This document shows, in pieces, positions 18,334-27,695 of a stretch of DNA of 32,000 bases. A program made the translations under genes and the position numbers. The first letter of the stretch is position 1. Each line of letters starts with the position of its first letter. The notes under the pieces are model-generated. The model had not been told where the DNA came from, ran no database searches, and saw only the letters and a program-made list of their open reading frames with translations. Source of the stretch: Candidatus Saccharimonadota bacterium (GTDB taxonomy: Bacteria; Patescibacteriota; Microgenomatia; UBA1406; GWC2-37-13); NCBI GenBank assembly GCA_016700135.1, contig CP065004.1, positions 750,001 to 782,000 on the forward strand, given 5' to 3'.

Positions 18334-18801
18334 ATGGGAAAATCAAAATTCGGTGCAGGACTATTACTTGGTGCATTATTAGGAGGCGCAGCTGCCTTCT
18401 TCCTTTCGCCGAAAACCGGGAAAGAAAACCGCGAAATGGCGAAAAAGAAACTTGCTGAATGGAAGGAACGGTATGAAGGAAAATCGCCTGAGGAAATTGC
18501 AAAAGAAATATTCGGGTCTGCATCCGCAGAAGGGAAAAGACTTTATATGAGAGCTCAGGACGAGATGAATAAGCAGCTCGATAAGGTCAAAAAATCCGCA
18601 AATGAAATCGATCAGGAGAAATATGCCGATGTGGTTCGTGATGTTATGGATAGATTGAAAGAGGAGAAAGAAGCAACCAAGGAACGGCTGGTTCAGCTCC
18701 AGGAATATCTCATGGACCGCTGGGAATATGTCTCTTCTGAATCGGAGAAAGATGCCAAGAAAGTGGCAAAAGATGCAACTAAGAAAACGCCAAAGAAATA
18801 A
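18334..18801 (+). CDS. YtxH-like general stress protein
   Basis: N-terminus GKSKFGAGLLLGALLGGAAAFFLSPKTGKENRE is the YtxH signature (Gly/Ala-rich helix plus APKSGKETR-like motif), followed by charged helices. Confidence 0.8.
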   Translation: MGKSKFGAGLLLGALLGGAAAFFLSPKTGKENREMAKKKLAEWKERYEGKSPEEIAKEIFGSASAEGKRLYMRAQDEMNKQLDKVKKSANEIDQEKYADVVRDVMDRLKEEKEATKERLVQLQEYLMDRWEYVSSESEKDAKKVAKDATKKTPKK

Positions 18802-18827
18802 TTATTACTAATTAGAACATCGTTCTT

Positions 18828-19070
18828 ATGGATCTTCAAAGCTGGTTTTACCTTCTTGCCGTCATCAGTATGTCCTTGTGGATCATATTTCTGATTGTTG
18901 CCATTTCTGTCTTCATCGGTGTATATATGATGATCAAAAATGCACCCAAAAAGATGGAAGAAGCAGTTTCACGAATTATTGAAGAAAATAAAGGGAGTCT
19001 GATGGGAATGGCCGGTATGGCGGTTGTATCCGTTCTTGCTGCAAAACTGAGAGGTATGTTCCGAAAGTAA
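18828..19070 (+). CDS. Small two-TM membrane protein
   Basis: 80-aa ORF with two hydrophobic helices, 26 nt downstream of the YtxH-like gene. Confidence 0.5.
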   Translation: MDLQSWFYLLAVISMSLWIIFLIVAISVFIGVYMMIKNAPKKMEEAVSRIIEENKGSLMGMAGMAVVSVLAAKLRGMFRK

Positions 19071-19073
19071 ACA

Positions 19074-19991
19074 TTACTCTTTATTTTTTGTCTCTTCGTT
19101 TTTTTCCTTTTTCTCCGGAGCATCTGATTTGCTTTCGTTGAGGGAAGCGGCGACAAGCTTCCTTCCGTATCGTTCTTTTGACAATCGAATTATCTTTTCC
19201 GTATTTGAATTCTTCAATGCAGGCGGCGGCAATGTCTTTGCAGGGAACGGGGCAGAGGTCATCTCATCAATAGACATCTTCAAAACGGTTTGGTATTTTC
19301 CAAGACCGACCAAATCATTTCCGGTATAAATTCCTGAGAATTCTTTTGTCAAAAACTCCGCATCTCTGGCACCGACTACGAATGAAATAAGCGTTCCTAC
19401 GTTTCCGAATATGGCTGTCATCACTTTCTCATCAATCTGCTCAATATACTGATTGGCCAAGGTCAGAGCAAGCCGGTACTTTCGGGCTTCGGACAAGATT
19501 TTGATAAATGATGATGTCGCAAAATTCTGGAACTCATCTACATACATGAAAAAATCACGGCGTTCGGCTTCCTTCTGAAATGAACGATTCATAGCGGCAA
19601 GCTGCAGCTGGGTGATGATCATTGCTCCGAGAAGCGCGGCATTGTCCTCACCGAGTTTTCCTTGAGAGAGGTTGAGGATCAGGATTTTTCCTGAGTTCAT
19701 GATCTCTTCAAGATCGATGGTAGATTTCGGATGACCGATGATATTGCGGATCATTTTCGAGGACACAAACTGTCCGATCTTGTTCTGAATCGGGGAAATC
19801 GCTTCGACCCGGAGTTTATCAGTCATCTTATCAAACTCTCGTGTCCAGAATTCATGAAGTACCGGATCCTGCACATATTTCAAATTTTTGTTTCTGAATT
19901 TCGGATCGGCCAGAAGCGGCAATGCATCTGCCAAGGTTGAATTCGGTATCTCCAAAAGAGTCAAAATAGTGTTTCTCAAAATATATTCCAA
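19074..19991 (-). CDS. VirD4/TraD-like ATPase, C-terminal part (continuation of 19976..21322 in another frame)
   Basis: Walker B-like FFMYVDEFQNF, then LSEARKYRLALTLANQ (arginine-finger/sensor region). The frame is open upstream of the TTG and reads GPRLEYILRNT, contiguous with the upstream ORF. Confidence 0.8.
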   Translation of the reverse strand: MEYILRNTILTLLEIPNSTLADALPLLADPKFRNKNLKYVQDPVLHEFWTREFDKMTDKLRVEAISPIQNKIGQFVSSKMIRNIIGHPKSTIDLEEIMNSGKILILNLSQGKLGEDNAALLGAMIITQLQLAAMNRSFQKEAERRDFFMYVDEFQNFATSSFIKILSEARKYRLALTLANQYIEQIDEKVMTAIFGNVGTLISFVVGARDAEFLTKEFSGIYTGNDLVGLGKYQTVLKMSIDEMTSAPFPAKTLPPPALKNSNTEKIIRLSKERYGRKLVAASLNESKSDAPEKKEKNEETKNKE

Positions 19992-21322
19992 TCGGGGGCC
20001 CAGGAGTCTCCGTAAATTTTATAGAAAATCGAAACGATACCTGATGCCACAAGATCACGATGGGTTTTATTTTTGACTTCAAGGACATTCAACGAAAACG
20101 GGCGTTCGGTATCAAACGGTTCAAGATACACAACATCATTGATACGGCGTTTCGGAATATACTCAAGGATGGTTTCTGATAAATCTCCGTGCGGATCAAT
20201 GATACCGATTCCGCGGTCGCGTCTTATGTCATCAATTGCCATATTGGCGATCAATGTTGATTTACCGGCACCGGTTTTCCCGATAATGTATACGTGTTTG
20301 CGGCGGTCGACTGTCTTTATTCCGAAAATGGAGTCCTTATTTTTGTATTCGGCTTTACCGAAAAAGTTTATGTCTTTTTTTTCTTCCTCAGCAATATTAT
20401 CAGTTGTCGGTAAATTTTCCGGAGGTTCTCCGGCAAGAGTTTTCCCCCAGGCAATATTTTTGATGCCTTTGAGAGATGCTCCCGGAGGATGCCAGAGAGT
20501 TGCCAGCTCCTGAGCATTGAAAATCTGTTTTCGGTGTTCAAGCCAGGTAAACCGCCGTTCTTTCATCCGTTGAATGAATTTTTCTTTTCCGAATTTTTGA
20601 ATCTTCAACCCCAGTTTATTGCCTTCACCAAGTGCAAAACTCCCGTATGTGCCGGCTACATTCTGAAGTAAAATTTTAGGATCCTGTGACTGTTCCTTTG
20701 ATGTTGCAAGTATGCGTATTGCCGCACGACCTCCCTGATACGAAACCTTTTTCGTCATATATGAGGCATTTTCATCGGATTTTTGTTCTTTGATTTCCCC
20801 AGTTACGGGATCTTTGACTTCCTTGACACGGGAGGCAAGAGTATCACCCTGCCAGGAGAAAGATGATGTCGTGACGAGTATCTGAATTGCCAGCCGATAC
20901 CACGGACCCTGTTTTGACAAAAGTCCGATGATCGACGCCAGGGGATCAATCTCTGAAAATTCTGCATATGTTTTGATCGGAAGCGTATATGACAGTTGTT
21001 GTGTGATATTACCTGCGGCAGCATAAGGATTTTTTAAAACAATATCCATCGGATCACTGGTACGATTGATGGCAGATGACGGATACGATGCCTGAATGAG
21101 GCTCTGCACCAACGATTCTCTGGTAGTCGGAACCGTTACATAATAATAAATTGATTGACCGGTGAGAAAGATTTCAAAAGAGTAGTTGTCTACCTCCGTA
21201 AAAAGTCTGCGAAACAAACTATTCTGTCCGGAAAGTAGAGATGAGAATATTTGTGTCGCAGCCTCAGGACCGGTTTCATCTTCTTTAGGATTTCGTATCT
21301 GAAGGTGTGAGAGGGTAGGCAT
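19976..21322 (-). CDS. VirD4/TraD-like (type IV coupling protein-like, FtsK/HerA-superfamily) ATPase, N-terminal part, interrupted by a frameshift
   Basis: Walker A YIIGKTGAGKSTLI, then IIDPHGDL. The N-terminal 300 aa or so are soluble with no TM helices. The ATG at 21322 lies 6 nt downstream of TATAAT (reverse complement of 21329-21334). The ORF track starts at a GTG at 21337. Confidence 0.8.
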   Translation of the reverse strand: MPTLSHLQIRNPKEDETGPEAATQIFSSLLSGQNSLFRRLFTEVDNYSFEIFLTGQSIYYYVTVPTTRESLVQSLIQASYPSSAINRTSDPMDIVLKNPYAAAGNITQQLSYTLPIKTYAEFSEIDPLASIIGLLSKQGPWYRLAIQILVTTSSFSWQGDTLASRVKEVKDPVTGEIKEQKSDENASYMTKKVSYQGGRAAIRILATSKEQSQDPKILLQNVAGTYGSFALGEGNKLGLKIQKFGKEKFIQRMKERRFTWLEHRKQIFNAQELATLWHPPGASLKGIKNIAWGKTLAGEPPENLPTTDNIAEEEKKDINFFGKAEYKNKDSIFGIKTVDRRKHVYIIGKTGAGKSTLIANMAIDDIRRDRGIGIIDPHGDLSETILEYIPKRRINDVVYLEPFDTERPFSLNVLEVKNKTHRDLVASGIVSIFYKIYGDSWAPDWNIF

Positions 21323-21343
21323 GGATCTATTATACACTGAAAT

Positions 21344-24300
21344 TTATACTTCATTCGACACTGACTTTTTCAATCTGCGTTGCCAGACCAAGATCATAAT
21401 CGGAAATACGGCAAACAATACTGCAAATCCGATGTATTCCAAATACTGCGGCCAGAAAATGATTGTTACTACTGAATTATTGTCTGAACCGACATCCCAG
21501 CCGTTTGCCCATCCGTTAATTTTTGTATGCTGGAGTTTCTCTCCGAAAAGTACCGGCATTGTGTTTTGTAAACGACAGAGAATTCCCTGTTCGGGACACG
21601 TCTTGTAAGCAATCCAGCCAGGATGATACGACTGAAAAAGCTGTATATGCTGAACTTTTTCGGGCACAGACACTTTGTATCGATAATAATGTGTTTTCTC
21701 AACCTTATCAGCAGTCATTATTTCTCCTTGTGTGACAGGAGAATCGGCATTCGTAAGGTAAATCCCGCTGAGGTATCGATACGGGATCGGGTAGATGTCA
21801 AAGTCAGAAACGGTATTGGTACTGGGATCATCAGTATAGGATGTTGTGCCCATCAACACGCTGATACCGGTATCAAACGGATAAGCTGGCGGCAATATAT
21901 AAAAAGCTTTCTCACTCAGAGCTGTATTCGTGAAATGAGTATAGGTATAGTTCCTGATGCCCTTATTTGAAAAAATATTCAGAGTAAGCGGCTGACCTGT
22001 TTCGGTTTCGTTTTCAACAGACACAACATATCCGTACTGAAGGGGTAAATCTGGTCCCTGAAGTAGCAGATAAGATGAAGCCCGACGCGATGTCAATGTG
22101 ATGCTGGTACCGGAGTTTGTTTCATCAGCTTCAAGATCATATGGTCCGTCCAAAAACGAATCATAATTAAACGGTGTTTTTTTATAGAGATTCCGGTCAA
22201 GGAGATCTTCATAGGCATAATATCCTGAGCTTTTATTTATCTCTACAGTCATGCGGATCGGTGTTTTCACTCTGATAAGAGATTTTTGTGCCGTTTCAGT
22301 CAGTTCCTGAGCAAAAGATACTGATGTTTCCTGCAGAAGCGGATATGAAATAATCCGTATATTTTTATATGATATTTTCTTTACCTGATCGCGATCTTCA
22401 TCCCGGAGGGCTTCCAGGACAAGTTGAGGATATATTGTATCGGCATCATTTGGATAAAATTCAAAGAAATCGCTGTAGGTCTGATACTCAGAATCAGAAA
22501 ACCCGTACTTCATATTATCTTTATGATTTTTGCATGCCTTAGTATCTTCACTGTAGAAGCAGAATGTAGGAAACTCATCGGTCTCTGATTTATACTCAAA
22601 CCGGATATTCACGAGCGCGGGAGTGTCATATTTGAGTGATTGGGAATACACCTGACAGATGGATGTATTTTGAGCGGAGAGTGTTATTGAATCATTAACA
22701 ATATCTGCTGTATTTACAATATCGCCACGAATCGGACCGCAAATATGCGAAGGAGCAAAATTTTTGACAGCAAGCGGAAGCGTTGTTCCCTGTGAGACGG
22801 AATAAATCCTGAGTGTATTTTCCAGATTATCACTATGGAGCAGTGCATCACCGATAAATACCATTTCTGTCGGATCATTCGCAATCTCAAATGTCTCTTT
22901 ATCATTGATACTAGCAATAATCTCTTGTCCTTCGGGTATCGCAAATTCGTACTGTTTTTGAAATAGCTTTGTATCTATCTTTTCGCGCTCAAGCCAGATA
23001 GTCGGCAGATCAGTCTGAATCGATACAGTGACGGTATCTATCGTTCGTTTGGCGTACACTTTGACCGGAAGTAATTGATTGCTGCCTGTAAACATCGGAC
23101 TGTACAGATTGTATCTGCCCGGTTTAATTTCGGTTGTGATCAGGTATGAAGAGGGGTTTTCTTCAATCACAAACGGTGAGTCATCGGCAAATCTATTGGT
23201 AAATAAGGAACCGAAAGGGTAGACGGCCTGATAAGGTTTTGAATTATTTGTTTGGTATATTCCGTTTTTCTGATAAGCCAGATCTTGGGTAGAGTAGTGC
23301 TCAGGATACAGAATATTCGGGATATCAGTTGATGTCGACACAAAGTTTTCAGACTGACCGGGAATTACCGTCTCGTACAGGTAAACGGTTCCGAATTGTT
23401 TTACCAATGTAAGTTTGTCATTTCCGGTAAGAAGATCTTTTTGCTTGTACGCCAGTTTTGTCGGATTAAACGGATCAGACTGGACAAGGCTTTCATCATA
23501 CAGGACATAAGAAATACGGTACTTGTCAATAATAGTATTGAATTCATCCATGTCTTCTTTGCGTAGAGCATCAGAAAGCTGCCAATAATATCCCTCAAGC
23601 TCGTCACTCCAGACGTCAAAAGCACGGTCCATGATTGGCTGTTCGATCCCATACCACAAAAAGCCCGATCCGCGCAGACCCCAGTCATACTCATACCATC
23701 CCCAGTAACTTCCCTGCGGCAAGTTCATGATGCGTCGGTTTTTATTTTGTTCACCCAGATAAGTAAAAAGATCAAAATATCCTTGCGGTATTGATACTTT
23801 CATACGGGGGGAAATGTACTCTCCTTGAAATGACGGATAGGCAAATATTCCGATGAGAACTGTCAGCATAAGCATTGATACCACTTCATTGAATCGTATT
23901 TTTTTCAGAAACTGCATAAGAAAAACGGCACCCATACTAAAGGCAATAGCAAAAACAAATGAAGTCGGCACGATCACTTTAGTAAACGGATTTCGGAAGA
24001 TCTGGTTTACCAGGGGGAGGTTTCTCAGTACACTGTTGAGTTGCTCAATACCGGGAGTATTGGACAAGAAAATAAACGTACTGAACAAAAAGAGCGCAAG
24101 AGTGTATTTTTGCATCGGTGACTTCTGTAAAAGCCCTATGATGATAATTGCAAAAAACAGGTATCCGATTGAAAGGATAAAGGGATTTTCAATATGGTCC
24201 CGCCACACATGCATCATATATACGGTCTGTCCCTGTTCAGTATCGAGAAAATCATAATAAAATTCCTTGAGCACCATATAGTCCTCAATGTTTCCGCGGC

Positions 24301-25138
24301 CTTTATTCATCTGATAAAACTTCTCAGTTGCCATACGGTTTTGCATCGCATTCTGGGTGACGTTTATATCCTGCGTGACAAAATATGCCTGGGGAAGAAT
24401 CCAAAAAGCGTTTGTGATAAAAATAATGCCGACGGCAAGAAGTGAGGTTATAAAAGCTTTTTTGCTCCGTCTGGATACAAGGTATACTGTGAGAATAAGT
24501 CCCACAACCATGGCATATATCAAAAAAATTGTCTGGACATACGCTTGTCCGGTTGCCAGAATATTTACCAAAGCAAACCAGAGGAGGTGCTTCTTTGAGT
24601 TCTTTTTCAGGTAGTTAAACAAGGTATACAATGTCCAGGGAAGCATACCCCAGAGCATACTGTAAGGTTCAAACGGTACATAGAAATACTGAATTGATCC
24701 GAGATTGAATACATAAAAAAGAGCTCCCAGAAATGATCCCGCACGGTATCTCAACTCTGTTTTTTTCTCAAAAACGATATCTCTCAAAAAAAAATATGTA
24801 CCGATTGCTCCTGAAGCAATCATGAGAAAATGGAAAAAGTATCGGTTGAAACTTTGCGGAATGGCCAAAGAAATGAGCCATAAAAAGATTTCCCGGAATA
24901 AATCTGCCGCATGTGCCATGCCGGCTAAAAGCCCCAAACCCTGATATTCCTGCCAGACACTGTAGAATGCTCGTTTAATATTTAAACCAAAGTTAAACTC
25001 AGGATGGAGATTGTCCCAGCCGGTAAGCCAGGTCTCCGGGGTGTAATTGCGAAAAAACAAAAATCCCAGTACACCAAGGAGAATGAATAAAAATATGTTT
25101 GACTGTATCTTCTTCATAAGCGTTTGTAATCTATTCAT
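21344..25138 (-). CDS. Giant GT-C-fold-like membrane glycosyltransferase candidate (YfhO/AftD-like) with a large extracytoplasmic domain
   Basis: 1264 aa. Roughly the first third is polytopic, with at least 12 hydrophobic helices. An early loop GWDNLHPEFNFGLNIKRAFYSVWQEYQGLG resembles the first periplasmic loop of AftD/YfhO-type enzymes. A beta-rich region of about 800 aa follows, then a final C-terminal TM (YIGFAVLFAVFPIMILVW). It lies downstream of GT2 and GT4 genes. Confidence 0.6.
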   Translation of the reverse strand: MNRLQTLMKKIQSNIFLFILLGVLGFLFFRNYTPETWLTGWDNLHPEFNFGLNIKRAFYSVWQEYQGLGLLAGMAHAADLFREIFLWLISLAIPQSFNRYFFHFLMIASGAIGTYFFLRDIVFEKKTELRYRAGSFLGALFYVFNLGSIQYFYVPFEPYSMLWGMLPWTLYTLFNYLKKNSKKHLLWFALVNILATGQAYVQTIFLIYAMVVGLILTVYLVSRRSKKAFITSLLAVGIIFITNAFWILPQAYFVTQDINVTQNAMQNRMATEKFYQMNKGRGNIEDYMVLKEFYYDFLDTEQGQTVYMMHVWRDHIENPFILSIGYLFFAIIIIGLLQKSPMQKYTLALFLFSTFIFLSNTPGIEQLNSVLRNLPLVNQIFRNPFTKVIVPTSFVFAIAFSMGAVFLMQFLKKIRFNEVVSMLMLTVLIGIFAYPSFQGEYISPRMKVSIPQGYFDLFTYLGEQNKNRRIMNLPQGSYWGWYEYDWGLRGSGFLWYGIEQPIMDRAFDVWSDELEGYYWQLSDALRKEDMDEFNTIIDKYRISYVLYDESLVQSDPFNPTKLAYKQKDLLTGNDKLTLVKQFGTVYLYETVIPGQSENFVSTSTDIPNILYPEHYSTQDLAYQKNGIYQTNNSKPYQAVYPFGSLFTNRFADDSPFVIEENPSSYLITTEIKPGRYNLYSPMFTGSNQLLPVKVYAKRTIDTVTVSIQTDLPTIWLEREKIDTKLFQKQYEFAIPEGQEIIASINDKETFEIANDPTEMVFIGDALLHSDNLENTLRIYSVSQGTTLPLAVKNFAPSHICGPIRGDIVNTADIVNDSITLSAQNTSICQVYSQSLKYDTPALVNIRFEYKSETDEFPTFCFYSEDTKACKNHKDNMKYGFSDSEYQTYSDFFEFYPNDADTIYPQLVLEALRDEDRDQVKKISYKNIRIISYPLLQETSVSFAQELTETAQKSLIRVKTPIRMTVEINKSSGYYAYEDLLDRNLYKKTPFNYDSFLDGPYDLEADETNSGTSITLTSRRASSYLLLQGPDLPLQYGYVVSVENETETGQPLTLNIFSNKGIRNYTYTHFTNTALSEKAFYILPPAYPFDTGISVLMGTTSYTDDPSTNTVSDFDIYPIPYRYLSGIYLTNADSPVTQGEIMTADKVEKTHYYRYKVSVPEKVQHIQLFQSYHPGWIAYKTCPEQGILCRLQNTMPVLFGEKLQHTKINGWANGWDVGSDNNSVVTIIFWPQYLEYIGFAVLFAVFPIMILVWQRRLKKSVSNEV

Positions 25139-25157
25139 ATTGATATATTCTAACGAT

Positions 25158-26387
25158 TTATGCTTGTTCTGTCAGAAGATCGGCATATTTTTTGCCGATC
25201 GTATTCCACGAGCGTTTTTGTTTTAATTCCCGAGAAAAGGTCTGATACCGGTTGTAATTTCTCAAAACCTGCTCAAGATGCTTTGCTAACGGTTCTTTCT
25301 CAATTTTGGATATAAGTTCATTTTTTTGAAGAGCATTTTCTTTAAGTGTTTGAGCAAAATCTTCAGATGAAAAATACTCTGATAAAGCAGGGGAGAGCAG
25401 CACGGGTTTTTCGTACGCAAAAGCCAGAGACAGCGGACCTGATGATGAGAAAAAGGTACGATAAGGAAGGATAATGATATCTGCGGCGGAAAAATACACA
25501 TTTAGGTCTTCTTCCAAGACGAATCCTGTGATTTGAATATCTTTCTTTTCTGCTTCCGAATGCAAACCTTGAATGTACTTTTGGTATTCAGGATTGGTCA
25601 TATGGTTTGGATTACCTCCGCCTGCTAATATGAGTATATAAGGGGATGTTTGCTCCCATGCTTCAATAAGTTGGTCAACGCCTTTATAAGGTGAAAGAAA
25701 TCCGAAGTAGAGGACTAATGGCGTTTTGTCAGGAATATCCAGTTTCTTCTTTGCTTCTATTTGAGGAAGTTGGTTGACAGGCTCAACAGCATGTGGGATA
25801 ACGACAATATTTTTTTTATTTCCTAGTCGTTTTTTAAACGTTTCTTCAAAGATTACAACTGTTCTTGCTGAAAATGTGATGAGATTATAAAGAACGTGCT
25901 TAAGAAACGGAAATAAACGGGCTCTCAACGTATGAGTTTCGACATCATCAATACCCTCCGGTACTTGATGTACGATGATCGTGATCTTTTTTCCCAGCAG
26001 TTTCATAAATGCTAAAAATGATAGAAATATACCAGCAAAAAAGGCATTTCCGAACATATATACCTCAAAAGGGATAATAATTTGCTGATATGGTTTCATC
26101 ATTTCCTGAAAAAGTCTAAAAAGACTGGTCAGGCTATTGCGTTTCCATATTCTTTGGATATTCATGCCGTCTTCTTCATATATTTCTTTTTCAGAAAGAA
26201 CCTCAGCCATAATACTGAAAGAATGCAGAGGATTTGTCTTTAGAACATGAAGAAGGGTGTTTTTCGTATAAGAAGCAATTCCGACCGTTCCCTCGCCATG
26301 AATGGTCCCTTTTTCAGGGTAGCTCGTAACTACGAGAATTGTGTCTTTCATACCTTTAGTATGCCCAATTTGCAGAGGTAAATCCAC
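25158..26387 (-). CDS. GT-B-fold glycosyltransferase (family 4/1-like)
   Basis: The C-terminal half has GFVLEEDLNVYFSAADIIILPY...SSSGPLSLAFAYEKPVL, typical of the GT4 E-x7-E region. A GTG start at 26387 abuts the upstream stop. An alternative ATG lies at 26351. Confidence 0.8.
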   Translation of the reverse strand: MDLPLQIGHTKGMKDTILVVTSYPEKGTIHGEGTVGIASYTKNTLLHVLKTNPLHSFSIMAEVLSEKEIYEEDGMNIQRIWKRNSLTSLFRLFQEMMKPYQQIIIPFEVYMFGNAFFAGIFLSFLAFMKLLGKKITIIVHQVPEGIDDVETHTLRARLFPFLKHVLYNLITFSARTVVIFEETFKKRLGNKKNIVVIPHAVEPVNQLPQIEAKKKLDIPDKTPLVLYFGFLSPYKGVDQLIEAWEQTSPYILILAGGGNPNHMTNPEYQKYIQGLHSEAEKKDIQITGFVLEEDLNVYFSAADIIILPYRTFFSSSGPLSLAFAYEKPVLLSPALSEYFSSEDFAQTLKENALQKNELISKIEKEPLAKHLEQVLRNYNRYQTFSRELKQKRSWNTIGKKYADLLTEQA

Positions 26388-26388
26388 T

Positions 26389-27189
26389 TTAGATGAAAGT
26401 CGACAACCATTGTAATGCCGGTTTAAAATTCGAGAGAAGTGATCCTTTTTTAAAGTTATACAGACCTTTTATGGCATTTGCGCGGATTGTATACAGCTCT
26501 CCAAGAGTCTGCGGCAATGCTTTCATCAGGTTTACTTTTGACCGATCATCATTTGCCCAAACCACCGGAACCTCTTTCATACTCATACCGAGGTTTTTAG
26601 CAATAAAGAGGATTTCAGCATCGTATCCCCACCGTTCGATTCGGGCACGACTGAAAACCTGTTGAGCTGCTTTGTGTGAGAAAACCTTAAATCCGCAGGT
26701 AAAGTCAGTCACCCATGTATTGGTGATAATATTGGAAAGCAACGTAAATGCTTTACCCAAGAGCTCACGATACAACGGCTGATGTTTGATCACTGTTGAG
26801 TGACCGTTTTTGCGTGTTCCGATGATGACATCTTTCTTTTCCAGCATCACGGGCTGCATTTTCAAAAGCTCAGGGAGCGGTGTAGACATATCAGCATCCA
26901 TAAAAAGGATATAATCACCTTGTGCATCAAGCATTCCGGCCTTTACGGCATATCCTTTACCGCGATTTTCACCATAAGAGATCAGCCTATAAGCAGTCTT
27001 TTTTGATGTATTCTGCTTAATCCAGGTATTGATCAATTTTTTCGTATTGTCACGGCTTCCGTCATCGACGAAAATGACTTCACTGATCTGAAATACATCA
27101 GATACGACGCCTTGTTTCAAGGCTGTAAAAGTCTTTTCCAGTCGTTCTTCCTCGTTGTAAACGGGAATGACAATGCTGAGTTTAATCAT
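26389..27189 (-). CDS. GT2 polyprenyl-phosphate sugar synthase-like glycosyltransferase (DPM1/GtrB/CsbB-like)
   Basis: LSIVIPVYNEEERL, VDDGSRDNT and the FMDADMSTP (DxD) motif. The short length of 266 aa is typical of dolichyl/undecaprenyl-phosphate glycosyltransferases. TATACT lies 7 nt upstream of the ATG. Confidence 0.8.
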   Translation of the reverse strand: MIKLSIVIPVYNEEERLEKTFTALKQGVVSDVFQISEVIFVDDGSRDNTKKLINTWIKQNTSKKTAYRLISYGENRGKGYAVKAGMLDAQGDYILFMDADMSTPLPELLKMQPVMLEKKDVIIGTRKNGHSTVIKHQPLYRELLGKAFTLLSNIITNTWVTDFTCGFKVFSHKAAQQVFSRARIERWGYDAEILFIAKNLGMSMKEVPVVWANDDRSKVNLMKALPQTLGELYTIRANAIKGLYNFKKGSLLSNFKPALQWLSTFI

Positions 27190-27258
27190 ATCCTATAGTA
27201 TACTTTATAACAGTCAAATATTCAACCTTTTTCTTACTCTGAAGTGCTGTTTCTTACA

Positions 27259-27519
27259 TTACTTCATATCGGTTGAGTACCCCTTGTCTTCGATACATGT
27301 CTTATAGACAGTTCGTATCGGTTCAGTACTGGTCGTGGTGAAGGTTTGGCCGTCACCGGATGCACCTTGATTGACTGTGGTAAAGGTTCCGAGTTCTGCA
27401 CAGTCTGCAATAGCCATGTTTTTCAGCCACTGATCGACTCTTCCCAATGAAAGGAAAGCGATGACAACGATTGCTACTGAAATAGCAATCAATCCGATTG
27501 ATCCTAGTATTTTTTCCAT
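27259..27519 (-). CDS. Small N-terminally anchored protein, hypothetical
   Basis: 86-aa ORF with one N-terminal TM (IGLIAISVAIVVIAFLSL) and a small two-Cys ectodomain. Confidence 0.5.
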   Translation of the reverse strand: MEKILGSIGLIAISVAIVVIAFLSLGRVDQWLKNMAIADCAELGTFTTVNQGASGDGQTFTTTSTEPIRTVYKTCIEDKGYSTDMK

Positions 27520-27654
27520 ATATTTGAAAAAATAATAATAATTAAAGCACTTTGTGAAGCGCTTATTCTAAACGATTTGTGAGAAATCGTCTGGAGTAAA
27601 CGTTTTAAAGTGAATAAAGACATACCGGGTCCTTTAGACATTTTTTGATAGTGA

Positions 27655-27690
27655 GGTTCCTCTAGCGCGATAAACTGCGCTAGAGGAACC
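27655..27690 (-). terminator. Strong hairpin immediately downstream of the GC-rich secreted-protein gene
   Basis: GGTTCCTCTAGCGC-gataaact-GCGCTAGAGGAACC forms a perfect 14-bp stem 6 nt after the stop codon at 27696. Confidence 0.65.
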
Positions 27691-27695
27691 GTCTA

